Positions 8,513 through 18,015 of a DNA stretch of 64,000 nt are shown piece by piece. How positions within the stretch are numbered: the first letter of the stretch is position 1; every line of letters begins with the position of its first letter. The stretch is from an uncultured Ignavibacteriaceae bacterium (lineage in GTDB: Bacteria > Bacteroidota > Ignavibacteria > UBA10030), in the NCBI GenBank assembly GCA_964480945.1, contig CAYZRX010000001.1, positions 48,584 through 112,583 on the forward strand, given 5' to 3'. Both the position numbers and the translations under genes were made by a program. The notes beneath the pieces are model-generated. The model was not told the origin of the DNA, did not search any database, and saw nothing but the letters and a program-made list of their open reading frames with translations.

Positions 8513-10777
8513 CTACTCCTGCTCGGCGCCTTCCGTCTTCTCTTCCTTCTCCTCCTTGCTGTCCTTGAGCGTCGAGAGCAGCTCGTTCCATTTGAACCAT
8601 GCCTTCCGTCCGGTGATCCACTTCTCCATCCAGTTGAACTCGGAGACCATCTTGACCAGCTGGTTTCTGGGCGCCGTGATGCCATGGGTTGTGCCGGGAT
8701 AGACGAAGAACTCCGTCGGCACGCCGAGCTTGACGAGTGCCATGTAAAGCTCTTCGCTCTGCGGGCGGGGAACTCGCGGGTCGCCATAGACGACGTGGAT
8801 AAGCGTTGGGGTCCTCGCATTCTTGATGTACTTCAGCGGCGATTCATCCCAAAAGTGCTCGAAGTTGTCATACGGCTTGCCCTTGTAGTAGAACTCGCGG
8901 GCGCGCTGAACATCGCTCTCGGCGTACATCGAGGTCCAGTTCACGGCCCCCGCGCCGGAGGAGATGGCTTTGAACCGAGTCGTGTGTGTCAGGATCCAGT
9001 TCGACCAGTGGCCGCCCGCGCTCCAGCCCATCACTCCCATCTTGTCCTTGTCGACCAAACCGATGCTGATGAGATGGTCAACCCCGCTCATGATGTCCTC
9101 GTACCCTTGCGTGAAGTAATTGCCCGCGATCTGCATCTTGAATCGCTCGCCGTAGTTCGTCGATCCGCGGTAGTTTGGCAAAAGGCACGCGTATCCTGCC
9201 GCGGCATAGACGTGTGAATAGTACCCCGATCTCGCATTGAAGCTCAGCGTGACCGCACCTGCCGGTCCGCCGTGGATTTGCACGATCAGCGGATAGCGCT
9301 TGCCTTTCTCGTAACCCACCGGCTTCACCAGCACGCCGCCGACCATCTTGCCGTCGGTCGACTTCCATTCGACTTCTTCGGTCTCGCCGAGTGCGATATC
9401 ATCGATCTGAGGATTGGAGTTCGTCAACTGTGTCCAGTTGTCGCGGTCCGCGAGTTTGTCAATCGACGGCACTGTGTAGATGTTCCACGGTGATGTCGGG
9501 CTCGAGTAGCTGACAAGGAGCTTCTTCGTTTCCCGGTCCTGGGAGACGAACAAGCTCGCCCGTTCGTCTGTTACCTGAGTCACCTTGCCGCTCACGACGG
9601 AAAGGGCAAAGAGCTGGTTGGTCACTTTCAGACCCTCGTTGAAGTAGATCGTCTTGCCGTCGGCGGACCAGAATCCAACGTTGACATCTCCATCGAAGCC
9701 CGCCCCGAGCTTTTTCCACTTCCCGCCGCGATCCGTCGTGGGCCGAATGTAGACTCGATTGTTGCGGAAGTAAACGAAGTCGTCCTCTGCCGAGAAAGCG
9801 ATCATAGAGCCGTCGGGGGAGAAACTCAAAGAGCTCTCTCCGATGTCCGTGTTGTCCGTCAGCCGCTCGATGTTCCCCGTACCGACTTCGAGCACGTACA
9901 GATCGCTGTAGGTCTGCGATTCCGTCACCGTTCTCAGATACCGGTTATTGGGAGTCCCGCGGAATCCTATCCACTCAGAGTTGTCGGAGATCCTTACATC
10001 GCTGACGCTGTATTCGGTCCCTCCGGTCAGGCGGGCCTCTTTTTTCGTTTCCAGGTCGATTGACCAGAGGTGAACGGAGGGAGAATCTTCGTTCCGAACC
10101 TGCACATCAAATTTCTTCTCTTTTCGCTGCTTGTTCGCCTTGTCGACGCTGTCCGGCGAAAGGAAGTAGATCCGTTTGCTGTCGGGCGAGAATTGCCACG
10201 CCGTGATGGGCGCTGTGTGGTGTGTGAGCTGTCTGGGTTTCTCCTTGCCGACTGTCGGCACAGCGATGATCCAGAGTTGCCGCTCGTCATCTTTGCCTGC
10301 AGAGAACGCGAGCCATCGTCCGTCCTTGCTGAAGGCAAAGGTCGCCACCCCGTCCTTTGCTTCGGAAACCTTTGAAGCCTCGCCGCCATCGCTGCGCATG
10401 GCGTACAGTTGGTTCAACGCGGATTTCGATTCGGGGGCCTCGCGGTTCGAAAGGAAGGCAAAAAATTGACCGTTGGGAGCCCAGCGCGGAGAGGTCTCAT
10501 TCTTGTCTGTCGTGAATGTCATCTGGCGCGTCGAAGGGAGGCCCTGCTCAGTCGAGACGAGATAGATGTCGGAGTAAGATTTCGCCGCCTTCCAGTCTGG
10601 GGTCGTTAACGTGTAAAGAATCCATTTTGAGTCCGGACTGACAGATGGGCTCCCTACAGAACGCATCTCGAGGACGTCCATAAACGTCATCGATCGCTTG
10701 GCTGTTGACTGCGCGTCGGCAGACCAAGAGATGAGGAGCAAGAAGAGTGAGAGTGCGGCAAGACGCGAAGTACGCAT
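8513..10777 (-). CDS. S9 family peptidase (exported dipeptidyl/acylaminoacyl peptidase)
   Basis: Signal peptide, beta-propeller repeats, IHGGP, NYRGS, GWSAGG nucleophile motif, D-PRV, THG. Confidence 0.92.
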   Translation of the reverse strand: MRTSRLAALSLFLLLISWSADAQSTAKRSMTFMDVLEMRSVGSPSVSPDSKWILYTLTTPDWKAAKSYSDIYLVSTEQGLPSTRQMTFTTDKNETSPRWAPNGQFFAFLSNREAPESKSALNQLYAMRSDGGEASKVSEAKDGVATFAFSKDGRWLAFSAGKDDERQLWIIAVPTVGKEKPRQLTHHTAPITAWQFSPDSKRIYFLSPDSVDKANKQRKEKKFDVQVRNEDSPSVHLWSIDLETKKEARLTGGTEYSVSDVRISDNSEWIGFRGTPNNRYLRTVTESQTYSDLYVLEVGTGNIERLTDNTDIGESSLSFSPDGSMIAFSAEDDFVYFRNNRVYIRPTTDRGGKWKKLGAGFDGDVNVGFWSADGKTIYFNEGLKVTNQLFALSVVSGKVTQVTDERASLFVSQDRETKKLLVSYSSPTSPWNIYTVPSIDKLADRDNWTQLTNSNPQIDDIALGETEEVEWKSTDGKMVGGVLVKPVGYEKGKRYPLIVQIHGGPAGAVTLSFNARSGYYSHVYAAAGYACLLPNYRGSTNYGERFKMQIAGNYFTQGYEDIMSGVDHLISIGLVDKDKMGVMGWSAGGHWSNWILTHTTRFKAISSGAGAVNWTSMYAESDVQRAREFYYKGKPYDNFEHFWDESPLKYIKNARTPTLIHVVYGDPRVPRPQSEELYMALVKLGVPTEFFVYPGTTHGITAPRNQLVKMVSEFNWMEKWITGRKAWFKWNELLSTLKDSKEEKEEKTEGAEQE

Positions 10778-10900
10778 GGGGTTACCTCCTGAGTCTGGAG
10801 TGAACTCGTGGTAGGGAATTTAAGAACGGATGAGAACTAAAGCTATAAAAAAGGGAGGGAAGCGGTGGGAGCTGCGCTCGCTTCACACACCGGACTGCCG

Positions 10901-11971
10901 CTAGCGGTGATAGCGCGGGCTCTCTTCTTTCACTGCCTGAACGAGCGCCTTCGCGTGCTCGACCGGAACATCCGGTGCAATCCCGTGTCCGAGATTGAAG
11001 ATATGTCCCGGGCCCTTACCGAACTTCTCGAGAATCCTCTTCACGCCCGCTCTGATCCGATCAGGCGGCGCGTAGAGCAAGCTGGGGTCAAGGTTGCCTT
11101 GAAGGGCGACGTAGCTGCCGACCATCTCACGAGCCTTTCCGATGTCGACGGTCCAATCAAGCCCGACGACATCCGAACCGGAATCGGCGATGGCTTCCAG
11201 AGAATGGCCGCAATCCTTGCAGAAGACGATAACCGGGGCGCCGTCGCGACGGAGGAGCTGGAGAACCTGCTGGATGTATCGAAGGGAGAACTCACGGAAC
11301 TCCTCCTGCGGGAGGATTCCGCCCCACGTATCGAAGATCTGAACGGCCTGAGCGCCGGACTCGATCTGCGCGTTCAAATACGCTGCTGCCGCGCGGGCCA
11401 GCTTGTCGAGCAGAGCGTGAGCGTCTTTCGGGTCGGTGTAAATGAGCTCCTTGATGTGGCGAAAGTTCTTCGTCCCTGTCCCCTCCACCATATATGATGC
11501 GAGCGTCCAGGGCGAGCCGGAGAAACCGATCAACGGGACGCGTCCGCTGAGGCCCTTTCGGACAAGCTGCAGAGCGTCCAGGACGAATCGGAGGTGGCGG
11601 ACGGGGTCGGGCACACTCAGCTTGTCGATCTCGGCTCGTGATCGGAGAGGGTGAGGGAAACGCGGTCCGCCTTTTCCTTCTTCAATGACAAGCTCCATTC
11701 CCATCGCCTCGGGTAGCACGAGGATGTCGGAGAAGATGATACAAGCGTCGACGCCGAGGATGTTGACCGGTTGAATCGAAACTCCCGCCGCGAGTTCCGG
11801 GGTCTTGCAGAGGGTGAGGAAGTCGGTCTTCTGTCGAATGGCCCGATATTCGGGGAGATAACGGCCGGCCTGGCGCATGATCCAGACCGGGGTACGATCG
11901 ACAGGCTCACGACGACAGGCGCGCAGGAAAAGATCGTTGGGCACGGAAGCCTTTTGATTGTGGGCTGACAA
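10901..11971 (-). CDS. hemE: Uroporphyrinogen decarboxylase
   Basis: PVWIMRQAGRYLPEY, FSDIL, LQGNLDP, HIFNLGHGI; start uncertain (TTG 11971 or GTG 11944). Confidence 0.95.
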   Translation of the reverse strand: MSAHNQKASVPNDLFLRACRREPVDRTPVWIMRQAGRYLPEYRAIRQKTDFLTLCKTPELAAGVSIQPVNILGVDACIIFSDILVLPEAMGMELVIEEGKGGPRFPHPLRSRAEIDKLSVPDPVRHLRFVLDALQLVRKGLSGRVPLIGFSGSPWTLASYMVEGTGTKNFRHIKELIYTDPKDAHALLDKLARAAAAYLNAQIESGAQAVQIFDTWGGILPQEEFREFSLRYIQQVLQLLRRDGAPVIVFCKDCGHSLEAIADSGSDVVGLDWTVDIGKAREMVGSYVALQGNLDPSLLYAPPDRIRAGVKRILEKFGKGPGHIFNLGHGIAPDVPVEHAKALVQAVKEESPRYHR

Positions 11972-11982
11972 CGGTCGACTTT

Positions 11983-13194
11983 CTACGAGGCGGCGAAGTA
12001 GTCGGCAAGGGATTCCACAAGCGACTCGGCAGTTGATTGCCTCGCCGTGATTTGCACGGGGAGACCGCAATCCTGAGCAGCCTTCGTCGTAGTTGGGCCG
12101 ATTGCCGCTACCAGCGTGTTTTCCGCGTAGTCGTTCCCAACCATTTGGACGAAGTTCTGGACGCTTGAAGGACTGAAGAACGTCACCACGTCGATCTCTT
12201 GGTTGACAAGGGCCTGGCGGACGACGTCGAGGTTTCTCGGCTGCGTGCCGACGGTCCTGTAGACAACAATCTCATCGACGACTGCATCCTTCGCGCGGAG
12301 GGCGTTTGGAACGACCTCCCGGCCAATGTTGCTCCGGGGAAAGAGGAAACGCTTCCCGGCGACGTCCATTCCTGCGAGAGCAGCGGCCAGCCCCTCCGCG
12401 GCTTGATGCTCAGGGATGAGCTCGACCGGAACCTTGGCTTTGCGCAGTGCGCCCCGCGTCTTCTCGCCGACAGCATAAACGTGCCGTTCCGACAGAGCCG
12501 ATTTCGCTTGAGGACGTATCTTCTCAATCCTGCTGAGGAATCTCTCGACGGCATTTGAACTCGTGAAGATCACCCCGAAGTACTCGCTCAGATTCGCGAT
12601 CGCTCGATCGCAGTCATTCCACGAGTCCGGCTCGAGAATTGCGATCGTCGGGAGGACCAGAGGGTACGCACCACGATCTTCGAGAAGCTCGACGAGCGGT
12701 TGGCTTTGATCGGCTGTGCGCGTGAGCAGGAAGACCTTGCCCTCCAGCGGTCTCGGGCTCGCAGCGGGATGAGCAAGGCTCGGCACATACGGTACGAGCT
12801 CTTCGCTCACCCGGAACGGGGAGTCGGGAGCATCGATATCCAGCTCAGAGGCCTTTCTCATCAACCCGGAGAGGTGTCGGTATGATGATATGAGATACTC
12901 GAGATGCTCACGGTTCGAGATGACCGAGGGTCCGTCTTTCCCGGACAGTTGGGTCACGGTCTCCTCGCATGCAGCTGATGCTCGCTCCAGACATTGAAGG
13001 AATTCTGCCCTCAGCCCACGCAGGAGATATGCATGCACGATCTCCCGAGCCACGGTCTTGGAGGAGCGGCGGATCGCTGTGGCGAGGTCCGGTCGCAGGC
13101 TCAGCGTCTCGAACAGCGTCAGGGTGTTGATTTGCGCTGCAAGCGATCGAGCGAGCTGGTAGATTTCAAGTCTGGTGTATCCTTCGTCGATCAT
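11983..13194 (-). CDS. hemD: Uroporphyrinogen-III synthase with N-terminal four-helix-bundle (IVS-protein-like) domain
   Basis: C-terminal part LLTRT, FTSSNAV, AVGEKT, VYRT, FFSPSSV, AIGPTT is HemD; the first ~118 aa follow the four-helix-bundle pattern. Confidence 0.88.
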   Translation of the reverse strand: MIDEGYTRLEIYQLARSLAAQINTLTLFETLSLRPDLATAIRRSSKTVAREIVHAYLLRGLRAEFLQCLERASAACEETVTQLSGKDGPSVISNREHLEYLISSYRHLSGLMRKASELDIDAPDSPFRVSEELVPYVPSLAHPAASPRPLEGKVFLLTRTADQSQPLVELLEDRGAYPLVLPTIAILEPDSWNDCDRAIANLSEYFGVIFTSSNAVERFLSRIEKIRPQAKSALSERHVYAVGEKTRGALRKAKVPVELIPEHQAAEGLAAALAGMDVAGKRFLFPRSNIGREVVPNALRAKDAVVDEIVVYRTVGTQPRNLDVVRQALVNQEIDVVTFFSPSSVQNFVQMVGNDYAENTLVAAIGPTTTKAAQDCGLPVQITARQSTAESLVESLADYFAAS

Positions 13195-13209
13195 GGCGTA
13201 TTGACCCTG

Positions 13210-14175
13210 TTAAACGTGAGAAGGTTTCGCGGCGGGTTGACTGGTGCGAATCTCGGACAAGATCTCACGGCCTCCTCTTTCGAGCAGTTGTTTCGCCAGC
13301 TGAATTCCCAGAGCCTCCGATTCGGCGGAGCTCCCTCCAATGCTTCCCCTCACGACCCGCCTCCCGTCCAAGCTCCCAATCAGCGCATCGAGTCGGAATG
13401 TGCCGTCTTCCAGTCTGCCGTACGTCCCGATGGGAACCTGGCAGCCCCCTTCGAGGAACCGGAGAAACGCCCGTTCACCGCTCACGGCGATCGCCGTACT
13501 CTCGTGGTGCAACTTCTGCACGACCTCTCGCACACTCTCATCGCTCTCCCGCATCACGATCGCCAACGCACCCTGTCCCACTGCGGGCAGCATCGTTTCC
13601 ACAGGAAGGACCTCGGCGATTCTTTCCTCCCATCCGAGCCTCTTCACGCCGGCTCGTGCCAGGACCATCCCATCCCAATCAGAGGTCGCGAGCTTCTTGA
13701 GCCGAGTGTTCAGGTTCCCTCGAATATCGATGACCTCAAGGTCAGGCCGGATCTGAAGGAGCTGGCACCGTCGCCTCAGGCTGCCGGTGGCAATCTTCGC
13801 GTGACGGGGAAGATCCCCAAAGCGTCGGTGGTTTTTCGCCGGATGGGCTATGAACGCATCCCGGACATCCTCACGTTCAACGACAGCGCCGATCGTGAGG
13901 CCGGCCGGGAGGATCGTCGGCACGTCCTTGGCGCTGTGGACAGCGATGTCGATCGTGCGGTCGAGGAGGGCGTGATCGATCTCTTTCGTGAAGAGACCCT
14001 TGTCACCAATCCTTGAAAGGGGGGAGTCAAGGATCTTGTCCCCAAGGGTCTTGATGATTTGAAGCTCGACGTCGAGTGCCGGAAAGAGTTTGCGCAGTTC
14101 CGACTTGACGAAATTGCTCTGCCACAGAGCAAGCTCACTCCCCCTCGTACCGATGATCAAACGCTTAACTGTCAT
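13210..14175 (-). CDS. hemC: Hydroxymethylbilane synthase (porphobilinogen deaminase)
   Basis: IGTRGSELALWQ, KGLFTKE, AVHSAKD, RGNLNTRL, LEGGCQVPIG. Confidence 0.97.
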   Translation of the reverse strand: MTVKRLIIGTRGSELALWQSNFVKSELRKLFPALDVELQIIKTLGDKILDSPLSRIGDKGLFTKEIDHALLDRTIDIAVHSAKDVPTILPAGLTIGAVVEREDVRDAFIAHPAKNHRRFGDLPRHAKIATGSLRRRCQLLQIRPDLEVIDIRGNLNTRLKKLATSDWDGMVLARAGVKRLGWEERIAEVLPVETMLPAVGQGALAIVMRESDESVREVVQKLHHESTAIAVSGERAFLRFLEGGCQVPIGTYGRLEDGTFRLDALIGSLDGRRVVRGSIGGSSAESEALGIQLAKQLLERGGREILSEIRTSQPAAKPSHV

Positions 14176-15451
14176 TCGAGCGATCCTTTTGGACGGCGTC
14201 GATACCGAAGAGTCTCCTCACGATGTTGATCTTTTGGAGCCTATCGGAGACCGATTCGTCCTGACCGTTCCTCAGGTTCACGATCGGGGTGTGGAGGATT
14301 TTGTTGATGATACGTTTGGTGACAAGGTCGACGAGTTCGCGATCTTTCTGCTCGAAGCGGTTGATGTTCTTCGCCACCTCGCCCCTTCGAATGTTTTCGA
14401 TAAGCTCCGTTAGAGCAGCGATGGTCGGGTTCGCTTGCAGCGACGCATGCCATTTGTAGAGCTCGGTCAGCTCTTCCGAGATGATTTGCTTGATTTGCGG
14501 GATCTCGGCCTGGCGCTTCTGGATGGTCTCGTTCACCATTCCGTTGAGGCTGTCCATGTCGTACAGAAAGACGTTCTCGAAGTCCTTTGCCGCAGGATCG
14601 ATGTTGCGGGGCATGCCGATGTCGATGAGGAAGAGCGCGCCGGAGTGCCGCCCTTTGTTGATCCTGGCGATATCGTCGGCGGTCAGGACGTACTGGTCCG
14701 TCTGGACGGAGGACACAATGATATCGAGCTCACCGAGTCTGTCGCGGAAGCTCTCGAACGGGAGAGTCTTTCCCCCGACCATCTTCGCCAACTGTTCGCC
14801 GCGTTCTGCTGTCCTGTTGGTGATGTAGAGTGTGCCGATGCCTTTTCCCGCCAGATGTTTCGCGGTCAACTGGGCGGTGTCGCCCGCTCCGATGACGAGG
14901 GCCTTCTTACGATGCAGGTCGTCAAAGATGCGTTCGGCGAGCTCGACGGCGGCGTAGCTGACGGAGATCGCTCCCTCGGAAATCTGAGTTTCGCTCCGCG
15001 CGCGTTTCCCCACGTGGAAAGCGGACTGGAAGAGCTTGTTCATAAAGAATCCCGCCGTGCCGCTATCGTGTGCAAGGTTGTACCCATCCTTCACTTGAGC
15101 CAAGATCTGGACGTCTCCCGCCACCATCGAGTCGATGCCCGAGGCGACGTGAAACAAATGTTCCGCCGCGCCGCTCGCAAAGAACGAGAAGAACCGGGAT
15201 GCAGGGACATCCTGCGAGGCTGACTTTTGCTCCCGGAGAAAATCTTTCAGGAATTCGACCCGAAGGCCATCCTGCGAGCTGAATGTGTACACCTCTGTCC
15301 TGTTGCAGGTTGAGAACAAGACGCATTCGTGGAAACCCGCCGATTTGAGCTGGGGGAGGGCAGCCCGAATTTCGTCATCGGAGAACCAGAGCCGCTCGCG
15401 CATCTCGAGGGGAGCCGTGTGGTGCGATATGCCGACGCAAACAAGATTCAC
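14165..15451 (-). CDS. hemA: Glutamyl-tRNA reductase
   Basis: STCNRTE, SGIDSMVAGDVQILAQVK, VIGAGD, DIGMPRNID. Confidence 0.96.
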   Translation of the reverse strand: MNLVCVGISHHTAPLEMRERLWFSDDEIRAALPQLKSAGFHECVLFSTCNRTEVYTFSSQDGLRVEFLKDFLREQKSASQDVPASRFFSFFASGAAEHLFHVASGIDSMVAGDVQILAQVKDGYNLAHDSGTAGFFMNKLFQSAFHVGKRARSETQISEGAISVSYAAVELAERIFDDLHRKKALVIGAGDTAQLTAKHLAGKGIGTLYITNRTAERGEQLAKMVGGKTLPFESFRDRLGELDIIVSSVQTDQYVLTADDIARINKGRHSGALFLIDIGMPRNIDPAAKDFENVFLYDMDSLNGMVNETIQKRQAEIPQIKQIISEELTELYKWHASLQANPTIAALTELIENIRRGEVAKNINRFEQKDRELVDLVTKRIINKILHTPIVNLRNGQDESVSDRLQKINIVRRLFGIDAVQKDRSNDS

Positions 15452-15475
15452 GTGAAGATTCCTGCCCCCTTCCCC

Positions 15476-16294
15476 TCAGTGAAAACGATGAAAGCCGCTG
15501 AAGAACATGTTGATAATCGTCATCGAGAAAATCGAGAACGCGAAGCCGAAGATCGAGAGGATCATCACCTTGCGTCCCTTCAGCTCTCCTGTCCTTTTTG
15601 CGAAGATGCCGGCGCCGTAGAGGGCCCAGATGATCACCGTCCCGATCAACTTTGGATCGGAGTACGAAAAATCTGTGAATGCTCTCGGAAGCCAGACGAA
15701 GCCTGCGATGATGGCCAGGGTCAAGAAGCCGAAGGCGAGCGTGATCGCGATGAAGCTCATCTTCTCGAGTGTTTCGAGGTTCGGCAGTTTCTTGTAGATC
15801 ACGCCGAACTTGTTCGCTTTGATCTCGTGGTAGAGCATCAGATAAAGGAATCCGTACACGGCGGAGATCGTAATGGCTGAATAACCTATCAGCGCGCTCG
15901 TGACATGCAGGCCGAACCAGTTGCTGCGCAGGACTTGCGGGACCTGCGAGAGGTCTCGGATAAAAAGCGACGAGCCGAGCTGGAAGAAGAACGCGATAAC
16001 CAGAATAAAGTAGCCGGTTTCCTTTGCCCTCGAGCGCCGCTCAATGACAGCGTACGTCGTGGCCACGGAGAATGCGAGCACCGACATGATCTCGAAAATG
16101 GTCGTGACGGGAGGATGGTTGAACATCACGGCCCTCGACAGAAGATACACGAAGTGCACGGCGATAAGAGCCAAAAGGAGATTGCTCTTGACCCTCTTGG
16201 CCCACGCAAGATCGGCGAAGAAGGCTTTGCCGTAGATCCAAACGATAGCAAAGTAGAAAACAGGAAGAGCGATATTTAAGATGTGAACAAGAAT
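15476..16294 (-). CDS. Cytochrome c assembly family membrane protein (CcsA/HemX-like), probable ATT start
   Basis: Multi-TM protein with WFGLHV and SDPKLI; the frame stays open upstream of TTG 16174 through a further TM helix to ATT 16294, preceded by GAGGG. Confidence 0.8.
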   Translation of the reverse strand: MLVHILNIALPVFYFAIVWIYGKAFFADLAWAKRVKSNLLLALIAVHFVYLLSRAVMFNHPPVTTIFEIMSVLAFSVATTYAVIERRSRAKETGYFILVIAFFFQLGSSLFIRDLSQVPQVLRSNWFGLHVTSALIGYSAITISAVYGFLYLMLYHEIKANKFGVIYKKLPNLETLEKMSFIAITLAFGFLTLAIIAGFVWLPRAFTDFSYSDPKLIGTVIIWALYGAGIFAKRTGELKGRKVMILSIFGFAFSIFSMTIINMFFSGFHRFH

Positions 16295-16547
16295 GGGTAG
16301 CCCTCGGAAGGTCCGCTTACACCGTCATTTTTCTCAATATTTAATTTAGTCAACTGCTGTGCCACAAACGGGAAAGCTAAATCAGGCCGATCATATCCTA
16401 TTCTTGCGAAAAGTCCAAGAGCGCGAGTTGGGAATTTCTTGCCTTTCGGAACGTCGATAGATATATTGGCTGGGCCTCCGGAATGATTTGTCCAGCAGGT
16501 GGGAGGCTTTCCGACACGCAGGACTCTAACCAAAAAGGACTCTCCTC

Positions 16548-17939
16548 ATGGAACAAATTCTCTCCTATGTAGATTCCAACAAGGACCGTTACCTGAATGA
16601 GCTAAGAGAATTCCTCGCGATCCCGACCGTGAGCTCTCAGGCTGAACACAACGCCGATATCCGCCGGGGCGCTGAGTGGGTTGCAGACCAGATGCGGATG
16701 ATCGGCATGCAGAATGTCCAAATCATGGATACTCCGGGCCACCCAGTCATCTATAGCGAATGGCTCGGCGCGGCAGGGAAACCGACGGTGTTGTTATACG
16801 GCCACTACGACGTTCAACCCGTCGATCCCATCGACCTCTGGACGTCGCCCCCGTTCGAGGCGACCATTCGCGACGGAAACCTCTACGCGCGGGGCTCATC
16901 GGACGATAAAGGTCAGGTCTTCATACACCTCAAGAGTATCGAAGCCTACATGAAAATCAACGGCAATCTCCCCATCAACTTGAAGATGATTGTGGAGGGT
17001 GAGGAGGAGGTCGGCAGCGAGCATCTCGACGATTTCGTCAAGGAGCACAAAGAGCTGCTGAAAGCCGATCTGGTGTTGATCTCCGACTCGTCGATGTTCG
17101 GCAAGGGCATACCATCCGTTTGTTACGGACTTCGCGGGCTCGCCTACATGGAGGTTGAAGTCACCGGCCCGAACTCGGACCTCCACTCAGGGTCGTTCGG
17201 CGGCTCGGTGCATAATCCTATTCAGGCACTGGCGGAAATGATCGCTTCGCTGCACGATAAGAATGGCAAGATCACCATTCCGGGCTTCTATGACGATGTG
17301 CGGACTCTCTCGAAGGCCGAGCGGGCGGCGTACAAGAAGCTGCCGTGGAACGACAAGAAATACGCGAAGCAATTGGGGTTGAAGCAGCTGTACGGCGAAA
17401 AAGGATACACGACCCTGGAGCGCCTCTGGGCCCGACCGACGCTGGAATGCAACGGTATCTGGGGAGGCTACACGGGAGAAGGGGCGAAGACCGTGCTTCC
17501 CGCGAAAGCGTTCGCGAAGATATCGATGCGCATCGTTCCGGATCAAACGTCGGCTAAAGTCGCAAAGATGTTCGAGAGACACGTGAAGAAAATTGCCCCC
17601 GAGACGATCCAGATCAAAGTCCGAACGCTGCACGGTGGCGAGCCCGCCATCACTCCCATCGACAGCCCGGGTGTGCAAGCGGCCGTCACCGCCCTGCAGA
17701 AGGGCTTCGGCAAGAAGCCGTTGTATCAGAGAGAAGGGGGATCGATTCCGATCGTGGTGCAGTTCAAGAAGCTTTTGGGGCTGGATACGGTCTTGTTGGG
17801 ATTTGGACTCCCGGATGAGAACGCGCACGCGCCGAACGAGTTCATCAATCTCGACAACTTCTTCGGCGGCATCAGGACATCCATTCATTTCTACAATGAA
17901 CTTCCGGGCTACTGGGGGAAGCAGGGAAAGAAAAAGTAA
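16548..17939 (+). CDS. M20 family dipeptidase (ArgE/DapE-like)
   Basis: YGHYDVQP, ARGSSDDKGQ, EGEEEVGS, DLHSG, HAPNE. Confidence 0.93.
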   Translation: MEQILSYVDSNKDRYLNELREFLAIPTVSSQAEHNADIRRGAEWVADQMRMIGMQNVQIMDTPGHPVIYSEWLGAAGKPTVLLYGHYDVQPVDPIDLWTSPPFEATIRDGNLYARGSSDDKGQVFIHLKSIEAYMKINGNLPINLKMIVEGEEEVGSEHLDDFVKEHKELLKADLVLISDSSMFGKGIPSVCYGLRGLAYMEVEVTGPNSDLHSGSFGGSVHNPIQALAEMIASLHDKNGKITIPGFYDDVRTLSKAERAAYKKLPWNDKKYAKQLGLKQLYGEKGYTTLERLWARPTLECNGIWGGYTGEGAKTVLPAKAFAKISMRIVPDQTSAKVAKMFERHVKKIAPETIQIKVRTLHGGEPAITPIDSPGVQAAVTALQKGFGKKPLYQREGGSIPIVVQFKKLLGLDTVLLGFGLPDENAHAPNEFINLDNFFGGIRTSIHFYNELPGYWGKQGKKK

Positions 17940-17966
17940 GAGGATGAAGGTTTCCTTCTGCGAGGA

Positions 17967-18012
17967 CGAAGGTTCCCTTCAACTGGGCTCCACTTCGTGA
18001 AGGGAACCTTCG
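17967..18012. repeat. REP-like inverted repeat (CGAAGGTT core)
   Basis: CGAAGGTTCCCTTCA...TGAAGGGAACCTTCG perfect 15-bp arms, plus a related half copy at 17946-17958. Confidence 0.6.
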
Positions 18013-18015
18013 ACA

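Noticed and set aside
8437-8820. 128-aa N-terminal extension of HemF in the ORF track
   Set aside because: Overlaps the S9 peptidase 3' end in another frame; HemF similarity begins near ATG 8436
11983-13194. Diversity-generating retroelement suggested by the Avd-like domain
   Set aside because: No reverse transcriptase and no TR/VR repeat pair seen in the window
16341-16354. FNR-like site upstream of the heme cluster (TTGAC-TAAA-TTAAA on the minus strand)
   Set aside because: Three mismatches to TTGAT-N4-ATCAA in an AT-rich stretch; could equally be a -35 element
17940-18015. Cobalamin riboswitch before the adenosyltransferase
   Set aside because: Spacer is only ~76 nt and lacks the B12-box and other conserved elements
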